Shown: positions 1 through 9,852, counted from the first letter of the stretch. The stretch: DNA of 33,799 bases from an uncultured Lentisphaeria bacterium (GCA_964630195.1 CAZVSF010000002.1:1-33799); one strand, 5' to 3'. Made by a program: numbers and translations. The notes: generated from the letters alone by a model not told the origin.

Positions 1-43
1 TCTGAGACCAGGAAAATGACCCTCTTACGCTAATTAATTTGGA

Positions 44-1615
44 ATGAATATGACAAAATTAACACACACAAAGATGGGTCGTCGAGAATTCTTGAAGAAA
101 TCTGCTATTGGAGTAGCAGGTATCAGCGCGGCTCTGAGTCTTCCCGGCTGTATGGGCAAAAAAGATACATTTGCAAAAAAGAAAAATATTCTCTTCATTG
201 CAGTAGATGATTTGAACACGGATCTGAACTGCTATGGTGCCAAACACATTCACTCACCCAATATCGATAAACTGGCTGCTGAAGGACTTCTTTTTAAGAG
301 AGCTTACTGCCAGTTTGCTGTTTGCAGCCCTTCCAGGACTTCATTATTAACAGGTACACGTCCGGAAAATAATGGGGTCATGGATTTGAAAACCCATTTC
401 AGAGATACCCTTGGAAATGATTTAGTAACCCTGCCACAACAATTTAAAAATCATGGATATCTCACCAGATCATTCAGCAAGATATACCACCCGACTCTGG
501 ATGATCCTCAGTCCTGGTCAGTGGAATCCTGGTGGTCTCAATATCCCGACAAATTCAACTATCGAGTACCTGAGATTGATAATGTTCTGAATGCTGAATT
601 CGATCAATTCCTGAAGGACAATATCGATGAACTGGGTGATCTCCCTGAAGAGGAGCAGTTCAATCAATTCCGCAGGAAATTCAGGGGCCCCTCATGGGGA
701 GCACCCGATGTTGAAGACAATCAACTGGCCGATGGCGAGTGTGCCGATGAAGTCATTAAAGCCTTGCGTGGGGTAGGAGATAAGCCTTTCTTTTTTGCTG
801 CTGGCTTGAGAAAACCGCATCTCCCGTGGGTGGCACCAAAAAAATATTATGATCTTTATCCCCTGGACCAAATCGAATTGGCTGATAATCCGTATATGCC
901 TGAAGATGCGCCGTCTGTTGCCGGAACTGACTGGGGCGAATTGAGAAAATACAGGGATATTCCTAAGGAAGGACCTGTCACTGACAAGCAGGCCGCTGAG
1001 CTTACGCGAGCCTATTATGCCTGTATCTCATTCATCGATGCTCAAGTGGGCAAAATGATGACTGAGCTTGATAATCTCGGATTACGTGATAATACCATAG
1101 TAATACTTTGGGGTGATCACGGCTATCATCTTCTTGACCATGGAATATGGTGTAAGCACACCAATTTTGAAGTCGCTGCCCAGGCACCGATGATCATCTC
1201 TGCTCCCGGCATGAAAGCGGTGGGGAAGACCAGTCAAGCACTGGTAGAATTTGTGGATGTTTACCCAACACTTTGTGAGTTGGCAGGACTTCCCATTCCA
1301 GAACATGTGGAAGGAACCAGCTATAAACCCCTGCTCAGCAATCCTGATCTCGAATGGAAAAAAGCGGCATTCACAGTGTATCCACGAAAAGTAAAGGGCA
1401 TCGGAGTGGTCATGGGTACCTCCATGCGGACCGATCGCTACCGCTATGCGGAGTGGCGCAATGATGAAGCCGGATTCCTGGAACTCGAATTATATGATCA
1501 TGAAAATGATCCTGATGAAAATATCAACATTGCCAATCATGCTGAAAATAGTGACTTGGTCAAAAAGCTTTCCCAGCAACTGACGCAGGGTTGGAAGGGT
1601 GCTTTAGCTGAATAG
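44..1615 (+). CDS. Cys-type (formylglycine) sulfatase, iduronate-2-sulfatase-like; Tat-signal lipoprotein
   Basis: 523-aa ORF. N-terminus has twin-arginine motif GRREFLKK, then lipobox LPGC. Sulfatase signature CSPSRTSLLTG follows NILFIAVDDL...SPNIDKLAAEGLLF, which resembles the human IDS N-terminus from memory. C-terminal ELYDHENDPDENINIA motif is shared by all six sulfatases here. Close paralog of 3005..4513. Confidence 0.9.
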   Translation: MNMTKLTHTKMGRREFLKKSAIGVAGISAALSLPGCMGKKDTFAKKKNILFIAVDDLNTDLNCYGAKHIHSPNIDKLAAEGLLFKRAYCQFAVCSPSRTSLLTGTRPENNGVMDLKTHFRDTLGNDLVTLPQQFKNHGYLTRSFSKIYHPTLDDPQSWSVESWWSQYPDKFNYRVPEIDNVLNAEFDQFLKDNIDELGDLPEEEQFNQFRRKFRGPSWGAPDVEDNQLADGECADEVIKALRGVGDKPFFFAAGLRKPHLPWVAPKKYYDLYPLDQIELADNPYMPEDAPSVAGTDWGELRKYRDIPKEGPVTDKQAAELTRAYYACISFIDAQVGKMMTELDNLGLRDNTIVILWGDHGYHLLDHGIWCKHTNFEVAAQAPMIISAPGMKAVGKTSQALVEFVDVYPTLCELAGLPIPEHVEGTSYKPLLSNPDLEWKKAAFTVYPRKVKGIGVVMGTSMRTDRYRYAEWRNDEAGFLELELYDHENDPDENINIANHAENSDLVKKLSQQLTQGWKGALAE

Positions 1616-1651
1616 GTAAAAGTAGTTTCCAGGAAATTTAAAGAGGATAAA

Positions 1652-2986
1652 ATGAAACGTAGAGAATTCTTAAGTAAATGTGGAGTGGGTCTTTCTGCTG
1701 CAGCAATTAGTCCCGTTCTGGGTTTTGCAGATGAGAAGAAGTGGTGGCAGCTGTTTAAAAAGGACAACGATAGAGCACAAAAACCCAATTTTTTTATCTA
1801 TGTCGCAGATGATCAATACATCGGTAGTGTGGGCTGCTATGGGGCAGAACCCAGTTATACACCAAATATAGATAGATTGGCCAAAGCGGGTATGCGCTTT
1901 ACCCACAGCTATACACCCTCTTCAATTTGTACCCCTAACCGTGGAGTTCTCCTGACAGGGATGTATCCACTGAAAAATGGTGCCCACGCCAACCACTCAG
2001 GATTCTTCGATGGCGTGAAGTCGCTACCCAACTATATGCAGGAGTTGGGCTACAGGGCAGTTATCTCGGGTAAAGATGGTATTCAAAAACCCAGCGATCT
2101 CTACGAGTGGGAATTTAGAATCGGAAAGACCGAGGAGCATGTCCCTGGTGCTGATGAACCCAAACACGATCGTCATCGGAAAAGTGATCTGAAAGCCATT
2201 GAGGCATTTGTTAATGACAGTGAGGATGATCGTCCATTTTGTCATTTCCATGCCGCCTCCTTGCCACATGGACCCATTTTGAACGAATCTTTGAATGGCT
2301 TGAAAGGCTACGATGCAAGTAATTACTATATGGATTACGAATTTGGTAAAATGTTGGAAATCCTGGAGAAAAGTGGGAAGAGCGACAACACCATTGTTAT
2401 CTATGTAAACGACAATGAAGCTCAACTTGATCGTACAAAATACACACTGTATGAAACAGGCACCAGAGTCCCCATGGTCATTCGCTGGCCAGGGCATATC
2501 AAGCAAAATTCCGTCAGCTCTGCCATGGTGAGTTTTCAAGATATTCTGCCAACACTTTTTCAAATCGCCGGAGGAACTGCTCCCGAGGTGATCGATGGTT
2601 TGAGTATGCTGGATGTGCTGGAAGGACGTAGCGACCAACTCCATGATGAACTGTACTTTAGCTGTACTGGAGTGATTGTGAGTAAAAGCGGTCGCCAGGA
2701 AATTCCTTATCCCATTCGAGCGATTCGTACTGATAGATATCGATATATCAGATATCTTAATAGCTCTATTCCTCATCCCAAACGAAAGAATAAGAAATTT
2801 CCACCAGAAGAACTCTTTGACCATAATACTGATCCTGGTGAATTAGTGAATCTGGCTGAGAGTCCCGATCACCAAGCCATCAAGCTGGAATTAAGCGCCA
2901 AAGTTGATGCCTGGATGAAATCCACCGGTGATAGGGGAATCGAAAGCGAGCTTGCGACACTCAAAAAATATCCAGCGAAAAAATAA
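1652..2986 (+). CDS. Cys-type sulfatase (subfamily unassigned; possibly N-sulfoglucosamine-sulfohydrolase-like)
   Basis: 444-aa ORF with a purine-rich AAGAGGA a few nt upstream of the ATG. KRREFLSK twin-arginine motif; signal ends GFA/DE with no lipobox. Signature CTPNRGVLLTG follows FFIYVADDQ. C-terminal ELFDHNTDPGELVNLA. Confidence 0.88.
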   Translation: MKRREFLSKCGVGLSAAAISPVLGFADEKKWWQLFKKDNDRAQKPNFFIYVADDQYIGSVGCYGAEPSYTPNIDRLAKAGMRFTHSYTPSSICTPNRGVLLTGMYPLKNGAHANHSGFFDGVKSLPNYMQELGYRAVISGKDGIQKPSDLYEWEFRIGKTEEHVPGADEPKHDRHRKSDLKAIEAFVNDSEDDRPFCHFHAASLPHGPILNESLNGLKGYDASNYYMDYEFGKMLEILEKSGKSDNTIVIYVNDNEAQLDRTKYTLYETGTRVPMVIRWPGHIKQNSVSSAMVSFQDILPTLFQIAGGTAPEVIDGLSMLDVLEGRSDQLHDELYFSCTGVIVSKSGRQEIPYPIRAIRTDRYRYIRYLNSSIPHPKRKNKKFPPEELFDHNTDPGELVNLAESPDHQAIKLELSAKVDAWMKSTGDRGIESELATLKKYPAKK

Positions 2987-3004
2987 GGTAGGGGATGTAT
3001 TCAT

Positions 3005-4513
3005 ATGAGTAACTATTCACGAAGAGATTTTTTAAGGAGTCTTGGCGTCAGCACTGCTGCATTGGGATTGGTTGGAATGGGATGTTCACCTCAATTGATG
3101 CAAGATGCAAAGCAGAATAAAAAGAATGTGCTCTTCATTGCCATAGATGATCTGCGACCCCAATTGGGGTGCTACGGGCATGAAAGTGTGCTCTCACCCA
3201 ATATCGATAAGCTGGCCAGCGAAGGGTTGCTGTTCAAACGCGCTTACTGTCAGCAGGCGATATGCGGACCTTCCCGTATGAGTGTGCTGACCGGAATGCG
3301 TCCCGAAACCTCAAAAATTTATGGGTTGAAACATAAGAAAACAGATTACCTGCCGAATATTGTAAGTCTGCCCAACCATTTTAAAAATAATGGCTACGAA
3401 ACGCTTTCCATCGGAAAAATCTATCATATCGCAGATGATGATCTGGATGCCTGGTCAGTTGAACCCTATCGTGCCATGGTCAGCAGCGGTTATGTGCTTG
3501 ATGAAAGCAAAGCCATTCAAAAATTGAATAAAGAGACCAACCCCAAAGCTGGTACAAAAGGTCCCGTAACTGAAGCAGCAGATGTTGCTGATAATGTCTA
3601 TAGTGATGGAAAACTTACAGATCGGGCTATTGAGGAATTAGGCCGGATAAAAGATAAGCCTTTCTTTATGGCACTGGGCTACCGCAAACCTCACCTGCCC
3701 TTCACTGCCCCCAAAAAATATTGGGACCTTTATGATCCAACCAAGTTAAAACTGGCTGATAATCCCTTTGAACCTGAAGGCGTCACGCCTTACACCATGA
3801 ACAATTTTGGTGAACTTCGCAATTATTATGGCATGCCAAAAGGGAATGATCGAGTTGAGGACGAACTGGCCCGCCATCTCATCCATGGCTATCATGCCTG
3901 TGTTTCTTTTATCGACGCACAGGTCGGTCGTGTCCTGACAGAGCTTGATCGACTGGGACTCCGCGAAAATACGATTGTCATCCTGTGGGGTGACCACGGT
4001 TGGAAGCTTGGTGAGCACGATAGCTGGGCAAAACACACTGATTTCGAGATCGATACCAATGCACCCTTGATCATTTCGGCTCCGGGAATGGAAAACCCTG
4101 GTCAAAAGACAGAAGTTCTGGCTGAATTTGTTGATATGTACCCAACCCTGTGTGATCTGGCTGGTCTGGAAAAACCATCACAATTGGAAGGTCATAGTTT
4201 TACCCCTCTATTAAAAGACCCGAATCAGCCCTGGAAAACGGCTGCCTTCAGTATCTGGGTCGAAAAGAAGTATCGCTATGATGAAGAAATCCAGATCATT
4301 GGGTACACCATGAAGACTGATCAGTATCGATATACTGAATGGAAACATACAAAATCCGGAGAAGTACGGGCGCGTGAGCTCTATGACCATCATATTGATC
4401 CCGAGGAAAACCATAATGTCGTGGATAAAGAATCCTACGCAGCGATTGTTTCCGAACTTGGGCAGAAAATGGCTCAAGGGTGGAGGAGCGCTCTACCGGC
4501 AAGCGGAAAGTAA
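3005..4513 (+). CDS. Cys-type sulfatase, iduronate-2-sulfatase-like; Tat-signal lipoprotein
   Basis: 502-aa ORF. SRRDFLRS twin-arginine motif plus lipobox VGMGC. NVLFIAIDDLRPQLGCYG...SPNIDKLASEGLLFKRAYCQQAICGPSRMSVLTGMRPE parallels ORF 44..1615 and human IDS (from memory). C-terminal ELYDHHIDPEENHNV. Confidence 0.9.
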   Translation: MSNYSRRDFLRSLGVSTAALGLVGMGCSPQLMQDAKQNKKNVLFIAIDDLRPQLGCYGHESVLSPNIDKLASEGLLFKRAYCQQAICGPSRMSVLTGMRPETSKIYGLKHKKTDYLPNIVSLPNHFKNNGYETLSIGKIYHIADDDLDAWSVEPYRAMVSSGYVLDESKAIQKLNKETNPKAGTKGPVTEAADVADNVYSDGKLTDRAIEELGRIKDKPFFMALGYRKPHLPFTAPKKYWDLYDPTKLKLADNPFEPEGVTPYTMNNFGELRNYYGMPKGNDRVEDELARHLIHGYHACVSFIDAQVGRVLTELDRLGLRENTIVILWGDHGWKLGEHDSWAKHTDFEIDTNAPLIISAPGMENPGQKTEVLAEFVDMYPTLCDLAGLEKPSQLEGHSFTPLLKDPNQPWKTAAFSIWVEKKYRYDEEIQIIGYTMKTDQYRYTEWKHTKSGEVRARELYDHHIDPEENHNVVDKESYAAIVSELGQKMAQGWRSALPASGK

Positions 4514-4519
4514 ATAACC

Positions 4520-6241
4520 ATGATGGATCGAAGACAATTTTTGAAAAGTACAGCGACTGGGATGGCCGGGTTGGCTCTTTCAGGCTGTGTACCGCCATCC
4601 ATCGCCAGGAGTTCAGGGAAACGTCCCAATATCGTTCTGATCATGGCTGATGATTTGGGATTCTCCGATATTGGTTGCTATGGCTCGGAAATTCAGACTC
4701 CTGTACTCGATAAACTGGCTTCAGATGGAGTCAAATTTTCGCAATTCTATAATGCTGCCAGATGTTGTCCCTCGCGAGCATCCCTTTTAACGGGTCTCTA
4801 TCCCCACCAGACTGGTGTAGGGCATATGACCCGTGATTATGGGAAACCAGCATATACAGGGGATTTGAATAATAGCTGTGTAACCATTGCCGAAGCGCTA
4901 GGCAGCGCTGGTTATCAGACCATGATGACTGGGAAATGGCATGTTACCAAGCAGACCGGGCATTGGGATGGAACCGATAGAACTTCCAAAGCCCAGTGGC
5001 CTCTGCAGCGCGGATTTGAGAAGTTTTATGGTTTTATACATGGATCATCCTCCTATTTCGATCCAGTGTTAACAAGGGACAATCAGCCGTTTGATTCTAT
5101 CCCAGACGACATCTATTTAACAGATGCCATCAGTGAAAATGCTGTAAACTATATCTCTGAAGCTTCAGATAATAACAAACCATATTTCATGTATGTGGCT
5201 TATAACGCTCCCCACTGGCCGCTGCACGCCTTGCCTGAGGATATTGAGAAATACAAAGGTAAATATAGTGACGGTTGGGATGCATTGCGTGAAAAACGCC
5301 ACAAAAGGCAGGTGGAACTAGGTCTTGTTGATGAAAAATGGGGACTATCTCCCCGAGATCCCGAAGTGCAGGACTGGGACGATGCTGACAATAAGGCCTG
5401 GCAAGAGCGTCGCATGGAAGTGTATGCAGCCATGATTGATCGCCTGGATCAGGGGATTGGTAAAATTCTTGATCAGGTGAAGGCGTCAGGTGAGGAAGAC
5501 AACACATTGATCATGTTCCTTTCTGACAATGGCGGCTCACCGGAAACCGTAACAAATCCGAGGAAGTTTTACGTTCCCAGAGAGACTGCAGATGGAAGAT
5601 TTGTCCATCGCGGTACCAATCCCGAGATAATGCCCGGAGCCGATGACACGTTCCAGGGTTATGGGATAAGCTGGGCGAATGCCAGCAACACACCATTTAG
5701 GCTATTTAAACGATGGGTGCATGAAGGTGGAATTGCTTCTCCATTTATTATGAAGTGGCCAAAGACTTTGAAAAATCAGGGCGGATTGGTCACAGGGACT
5801 GGACATATCATGGACATCATGGCAACCTGTTTAGATGCTGCCGGTGTGGTATACCCACAACAGTTTGGAGCGCATAAAATAACTCCCCTGGAAGGAAAAA
5901 GCTTATTGCCCATGGTCGAGGGTGAGACTGATGAAACACATGATTATCTCTGTTGGGAACATGAAGGAAACCGGGCCATAAAGCAGGGTAAGTGGAAATT
6001 GACTTCCTACTATACTGAGCCACGGCAAAGAAGAGTAAGCAAAGGCCCACGCACGGGACCCTGGGAATTATACGATCTGACCGCAGATAGAACAGAACTG
6101 CATAATCTCGCAGATCAATATCCAGAAAAGGTTGCGGAACTTGTGGAAAAATTTGAAAAGTGGAGTGAGAAAATGGAAGTTGTCCCCTGGGAAGAGATTC
6201 AGGAAATAAATACACGGTTACTCAGCAAGGAGAATAAATGA
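4520..6241 (+). CDS. Arylsulfatase (AtsA-like Cys-type sulfatase); Tat-signal lipoprotein
   Basis: 573-aa ORF. DRRQFLKS motif plus lipobox LSGC. PNIVLIMADDLGFSDIGCYG...CCPSRASLLTGLYPHQTGVGHM is typical of AtsA-type arylsulfatases. C-terminal ELYDLTADRTELHNLA. The stop overlaps the next start (ATGA at 6238-6241). Confidence 0.9.
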   Translation: MMDRRQFLKSTATGMAGLALSGCVPPSIARSSGKRPNIVLIMADDLGFSDIGCYGSEIQTPVLDKLASDGVKFSQFYNAARCCPSRASLLTGLYPHQTGVGHMTRDYGKPAYTGDLNNSCVTIAEALGSAGYQTMMTGKWHVTKQTGHWDGTDRTSKAQWPLQRGFEKFYGFIHGSSSYFDPVLTRDNQPFDSIPDDIYLTDAISENAVNYISEASDNNKPYFMYVAYNAPHWPLHALPEDIEKYKGKYSDGWDALREKRHKRQVELGLVDEKWGLSPRDPEVQDWDDADNKAWQERRMEVYAAMIDRLDQGIGKILDQVKASGEEDNTLIMFLSDNGGSPETVTNPRKFYVPRETADGRFVHRGTNPEIMPGADDTFQGYGISWANASNTPFRLFKRWVHEGGIASPFIMKWPKTLKNQGGLVTGTGHIMDIMATCLDAAGVVYPQQFGAHKITPLEGKSLLPMVEGETDETHDYLCWEHEGNRAIKQGKWKLTSYYTEPRQRRVSKGPRTGPWELYDLTADRTELHNLADQYPEKVAELVEKFEKWSEKMEVVPWEEIQEINTRLLSKENK

Positions 6242-7470
6242 GCAGAATACTGTCAGTCAGTATTATTTCACTGCTACTGCTGTTGGCTTGTGACAACAAG
6301 CCTGTGCAAAATATTCAGCCACCACAAACGCTTTTCAATGATCCCACAGCTTTACTTGAGACCAGGAAAAGAGCTTTGGCTGGTGATACTGAATTGATGC
6401 CTACATTAAACCAACTCAAAACCGAAGCTGACCAGATGCTGCTGAGTGATGCGATCTATTCGGTGATGGATAAGCCCTTTACACCTCCCAGCGGCGACAA
6501 GCATGATTATATGAGTGTGGGTCCTTTCTGGTGGCCTGACCCAGAGAAATCGGATGGACTGCCCTACATTCGACGAGATGGAGAAACAAATCCTGAACGT
6601 GAATTGTACGACACAACTCCCTTAAGGAAATTAACCCACGAGGTATCAATATTAGCAGCAGCATATTTTTTTCTAGACAAAGAAAAATATGCGAAGCGAG
6701 CAGCCACTTTAGTCAGAGCCTGGTTCCTGGATGAAGATACCATGATGAATCCTAACCTGAATTACGGACAGGCGATTCCCGGAAGGACGATTGGGAGAGG
6801 TATCGGTATTATCGACACCCGATCCTTTTTCCAAATTACTGAAGCCATAGGATTGATAGCGAATTCGCAATCCTGGACAGCTGCTGATGAGGCAGCCTTG
6901 AAACAATGGTTCAGTACTTATGTGGACTGGCTCAGGGAAAGTGAAAATGGTATTGATGAAGAAAATGGCTTAAATAATCATGGGACCTGGTACGATGTCA
7001 TCTTATCCAGTCTGGCACTTTTTTCTGGACGGGAAGATATTGCAAAAGAAGTCATTTCTGATTTTCCAGAACGCCGCATATTGCCCCAGATCGAAGCTGA
7101 TGGCAGTCAACCACGGGAATTATCACGAACCCGTTCATATCATTATTCAACCATGAATCTTAAAGGTATGTTTTACATCGCGCTGCTAGGTGACAAGGTT
7201 GGTGTGACCGTTTTAAGCAACGAAACTGAACATGGACAACTGGTAAAAAAAGCGCTTGACTATTTAATCCCTTTTATGGCTGACTTTGAGGGTTGGCCCT
7301 ATGAGCAACTTCGCGGTTGGGAATCAGACGATTCAGTATCATTGGCAATGATTCTCCAACTCTCCGCCCGTTATTATGGGGAGCCGGAGTATTTAACATT
7401 GATGGATTCAATCCCTGATATCGACTTCTCAGACCATCTATTAAATTTATATCATCCAATAATGAGATGA
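6238..7470 (+). CDS. Alginate-lyase-domain (PL5/AlgL-like alpha/alpha-toroid) polysaccharide lyase, lipoprotein
   Basis: 410-aa ORF. Lipoprotein signal MSRILSVSIISLLLLLAC. DKHDYMSVGPFWWPDP...YIRRDGETNPE block. LNNHGTWY matches the conserved AlgL/PL5 NNH(S)YW catalytic Asn-His region (established knowledge). Paralog of 15300..16505. Confidence 0.72.
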   Translation: MSRILSVSIISLLLLLACDNKPVQNIQPPQTLFNDPTALLETRKRALAGDTELMPTLNQLKTEADQMLLSDAIYSVMDKPFTPPSGDKHDYMSVGPFWWPDPEKSDGLPYIRRDGETNPERELYDTTPLRKLTHEVSILAAAYFFLDKEKYAKRAATLVRAWFLDEDTMMNPNLNYGQAIPGRTIGRGIGIIDTRSFFQITEAIGLIANSQSWTAADEAALKQWFSTYVDWLRESENGIDEENGLNNHGTWYDVILSSLALFSGREDIAKEVISDFPERRILPQIEADGSQPRELSRTRSYHYSTMNLKGMFYIALLGDKVGVTVLSNETEHGQLVKKALDYLIPFMADFEGWPYEQLRGWESDDSVSLAMILQLSARYYGEPEYLTLMDSIPDIDFSDHLLNLYHPIMR

Positions 7471-7480
7471 GAGAAATCTT

Positions 7481-9031
7481 ATGAAAACACACACAAGAAA
7501 AGAGTTTTTAAAAATGTTGGGGGGATCTGCAGCTGCAGTTGGCCTCTCCACCACATTCCCTGGCATGGCCTCGGCATTTTCTAAGAGAGGAAGTGACCCT
7601 GGGGTCTTACCGCTTCGGCCAAATATTCTACTTATTACAACCGACACCCAGCGTTGCGACACGATAAAAGCCATGGGTTATGATCATGCCGTTTCACCAA
7701 ATCTGGATAGACTGATTCGAGAAGGTGTGATGTTTAGAAACGGTCATACCTCCAGTCCGGTTTGTTCTCCAGCTCGAACAAGCTTATTAACGGGTGTGCA
7801 CACACCCATCCATGGTTGCCTTGAGAATGGTATCCAACGACGGACTGATTTAACCACACTCCCTGATTTACTTAAAGAACAGGGGTATACGAATATCATG
7901 GTCGGTAAGACGCATTTTGGTCCGGTACCAGATAGTTTTCAGGTACAGCAGGTGCTGACTGCAGGGAAAAAGGGTGATGCTGATGATGTGTATGGCAAAC
8001 ATATCAAAAAGCTCGGATATTCAAGAAAGTCCGTCGTGCCAAACCCCACACCACCAGATGAATTTATGGATTCCTTCCTCGCTGAAACGGCAATTGATGA
8101 GATGAAAAAAGCTGTTTCAACTGGCAAAGGTCCCTTCTTTACATTTTGTTCCATGCCCAGCCCGCATCCGCCTCTTGACCCACCGGGTGAATATGCCACC
8201 ATGTTCGACGATGTGAAATTTCCTCCGCTGAACTACACCAATGGTGATTTCAAGAAACTTCCTCAGTATTTAATCGACCATCTGGATTTGAAAGATCCTG
8301 GAGAATTGGATATGGAAGCCATGGATAATAAGAGACGGGCATATTATGGACTGGCAGCCTATTGTGATGCCCAGGTCGGCAAATTACTCAATTTTCTGGA
8401 TGATTCTGGTTTGCGTGAGAATACACTGGTGCTTTTTAGTTCTGATCATGGGACCACCTTCAATGATCATGGGCTGTCCAATAAACATCACTATTTTGAT
8501 GAGTCATGGCATGTTCCACTGATCGTGAGTATGCCAGGCACCTTGCCCCAGGGCGAGGAGAGAGAATTTGCCATCTGGAACGATATCACCACATCAATCC
8601 TGGCGGCAGCCGGTACATCTTGTGATACCATGCAGGGTTATGATTTTTATACTCCCATTGCAGCAGGTGAACAATCTCCGCGAAATCATGCTGTATCAGC
8701 AGAGTACCATCAAATGGCTCTGGCCACCAAGGGCTGGAAATTAGTCTACTATTTCGAGCAGGATACCGGGCAGTTGTTTGACCGTAAGAAAGATCCACTG
8801 GAACAGAATAACCTTTATGATGATCCTGAACACCATGAGGTCAAACAAGCCATGTTGATAGCCCTTCTGGGCTGGCGGGGTGATCTGTCTGATTTAGAAT
8901 CGATGCGAAAACGTACGCATGGTGGAGGTCGTGTAGCCGGAATTGCTGCGAAGCACACGCAGACAATGTCAGCATTGGATTCTGAAATACGTCTGAGTGA
9001 AAAAGTCGAACAGATCGAAAAGCGTTGGTAA
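7481..9031 (+). CDS. Cys-type sulfatase (TDxQ-type N-terminus)
   Basis: 516-aa ORF. Degenerate Tat-like TRKEFLKM with signal ending MASA/F. PNILLITTDTQRCD...CSPARTSLLTG. C-terminal QLFDRKKDPLEQNNLY. Confidence 0.88.
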   Translation: MKTHTRKEFLKMLGGSAAAVGLSTTFPGMASAFSKRGSDPGVLPLRPNILLITTDTQRCDTIKAMGYDHAVSPNLDRLIREGVMFRNGHTSSPVCSPARTSLLTGVHTPIHGCLENGIQRRTDLTTLPDLLKEQGYTNIMVGKTHFGPVPDSFQVQQVLTAGKKGDADDVYGKHIKKLGYSRKSVVPNPTPPDEFMDSFLAETAIDEMKKAVSTGKGPFFTFCSMPSPHPPLDPPGEYATMFDDVKFPPLNYTNGDFKKLPQYLIDHLDLKDPGELDMEAMDNKRRAYYGLAAYCDAQVGKLLNFLDDSGLRENTLVLFSSDHGTTFNDHGLSNKHHYFDESWHVPLIVSMPGTLPQGEEREFAIWNDITTSILAAAGTSCDTMQGYDFYTPIAAGEQSPRNHAVSAEYHQMALATKGWKLVYYFEQDTGQLFDRKKDPLEQNNLYDDPEHHEVKQAMLIALLGWRGDLSDLESMRKRTHGGGRVAGIAAKHTQTMSALDSEIRLSEKVEQIEKRW

Positions 9032-9032
9032 G

Positions 9033-9851
9033 ATGGATAAAACAGGCACAATAGGAAAACCATTAAGCCCCAAACTGTTGACTGAGTTTGACGCTTTGGG
9101 TAAACTTCCAGATACAGATAATAATTTTAATCCAAAGGGCGACTGGGAACACAGCTATCGCATGTGGTCCTGTTATGGCTATTGGCACAAAAGTAACAAA
9201 AATGATGGCTGGGTGAAGATATCAAGGAAAGTACTCGCTGGAGATGGAACTCAGACGCTCAAAATTAAGCAGGTCGTTAACAATTTCGTAGGTCGCAAAA
9301 ATGAGCCCACTGTCTTTACGGTCATAGAAACTGAGATTACCTGTTCCATTGATATTCTGAGTAGTGTCCTGGCCTGGAAGGTCAATAGAAAATTTGTTTA
9401 TGAGGATGAGTCTCTGATTATGCCACCGACCCATATCCAGAAAACAGGAAATCTCTCAGCGGGGCAATTGGTCCGGAAAATGAATGGGCAAAAAATGATG
9501 CAAGCATTGCCTGGAAAAGTAAGTAGTAACTGGGGTTTGTTTGAGGCCGTTCAGCGGATGCCCCTGGACACCGGGCTCCCACTGGAATACACACTCCTGG
9601 AGGATTTCGACCTGGTTAAAAGGAATCATAAATTGTCCTATCTCAGAACCGAAACTTCTTCCTGGATGGAAGACAGCCAAGCGGTTCACTATTTCCAGCA
9701 GACCGGCGATGGTGTTTTCCCTTTTGAATACTGGTTGGACAAAAATCATAAGCTCTTTCTGGTAACATCAGGACCACGCGCCTATGTGCTGGATGACAAA
9801 GCTGAACATTTGTTTGATGACCTTTATCCTGAAATGATAACGAGGCTATGA
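9033..9851 (+). CDS. Hypothetical protein, no signal peptide, no family recognised
   Basis: The ORF track gives 8997..9851. The in-frame ATG at 9033 lies 1 nt after the upstream sulfatase stop (9029-9031) and avoids overlap, giving 272 aa. Its stop (9849-9851) lies 1 nt before the next ATG (9853). N-terminus MDKTGTIGKPLSPK is hydrophilic. I recognise no motif. Confidence 0.6.
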   Translation: MDKTGTIGKPLSPKLLTEFDALGKLPDTDNNFNPKGDWEHSYRMWSCYGYWHKSNKNDGWVKISRKVLAGDGTQTLKIKQVVNNFVGRKNEPTVFTVIETEITCSIDILSSVLAWKVNRKFVYEDESLIMPPTHIQKTGNLSAGQLVRKMNGQKMMQALPGKVSSNWGLFEAVQRMPLDTGLPLEYTLLEDFDLVKRNHKLSYLRTETSSWMEDSQAVHYFQQTGDGVFPFEYWLDKNHKLFLVTSGPRAYVLDDKAEHLFDDLYPEMITRL

Positions 9852-9852
9852 G

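Noticed and set aside
1-33. Frame-1 reading SETRKMTLLR-stop, which could be the tail of an upstream + strand gene.
   Set aside because: Ten codons are far too few to support a call.
2024-2824. 266-aa ORF on the minus strand, and similar antisense ORFs (for example 13281..13742, 3746..4105, 5817..6215, 29271..29648, 20030..20347).
   Set aside because: They lie fully inside strongly supported + strand genes with clear family motifs. Their translations are low-complexity with no recognisable motifs or signals. They are typical shadow ORFs.
8997-9032. Longer start for the ORFan, overlapping the 3' end of sulfatase 7481..9031 by 35 nt.
   Set aside because: The in-frame ATG at 9033 directly follows the upstream stop, matching the 1-nt spacing at its other end. 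The extra 12 aa (MKKSNRSKSVGK) add no signal peptide. The longer start cannot be excluded without data.
9033-9851. Aerobic formylglycine-generating enzyme (FGE/SUMF1), given its size (~270-290 aa) and sulfatase context.
   Set aside because: None of the FGE hallmark motifs I know (RVxRGGSW, GNVWEW, paired catalytic Cys near the C-terminus) are present.
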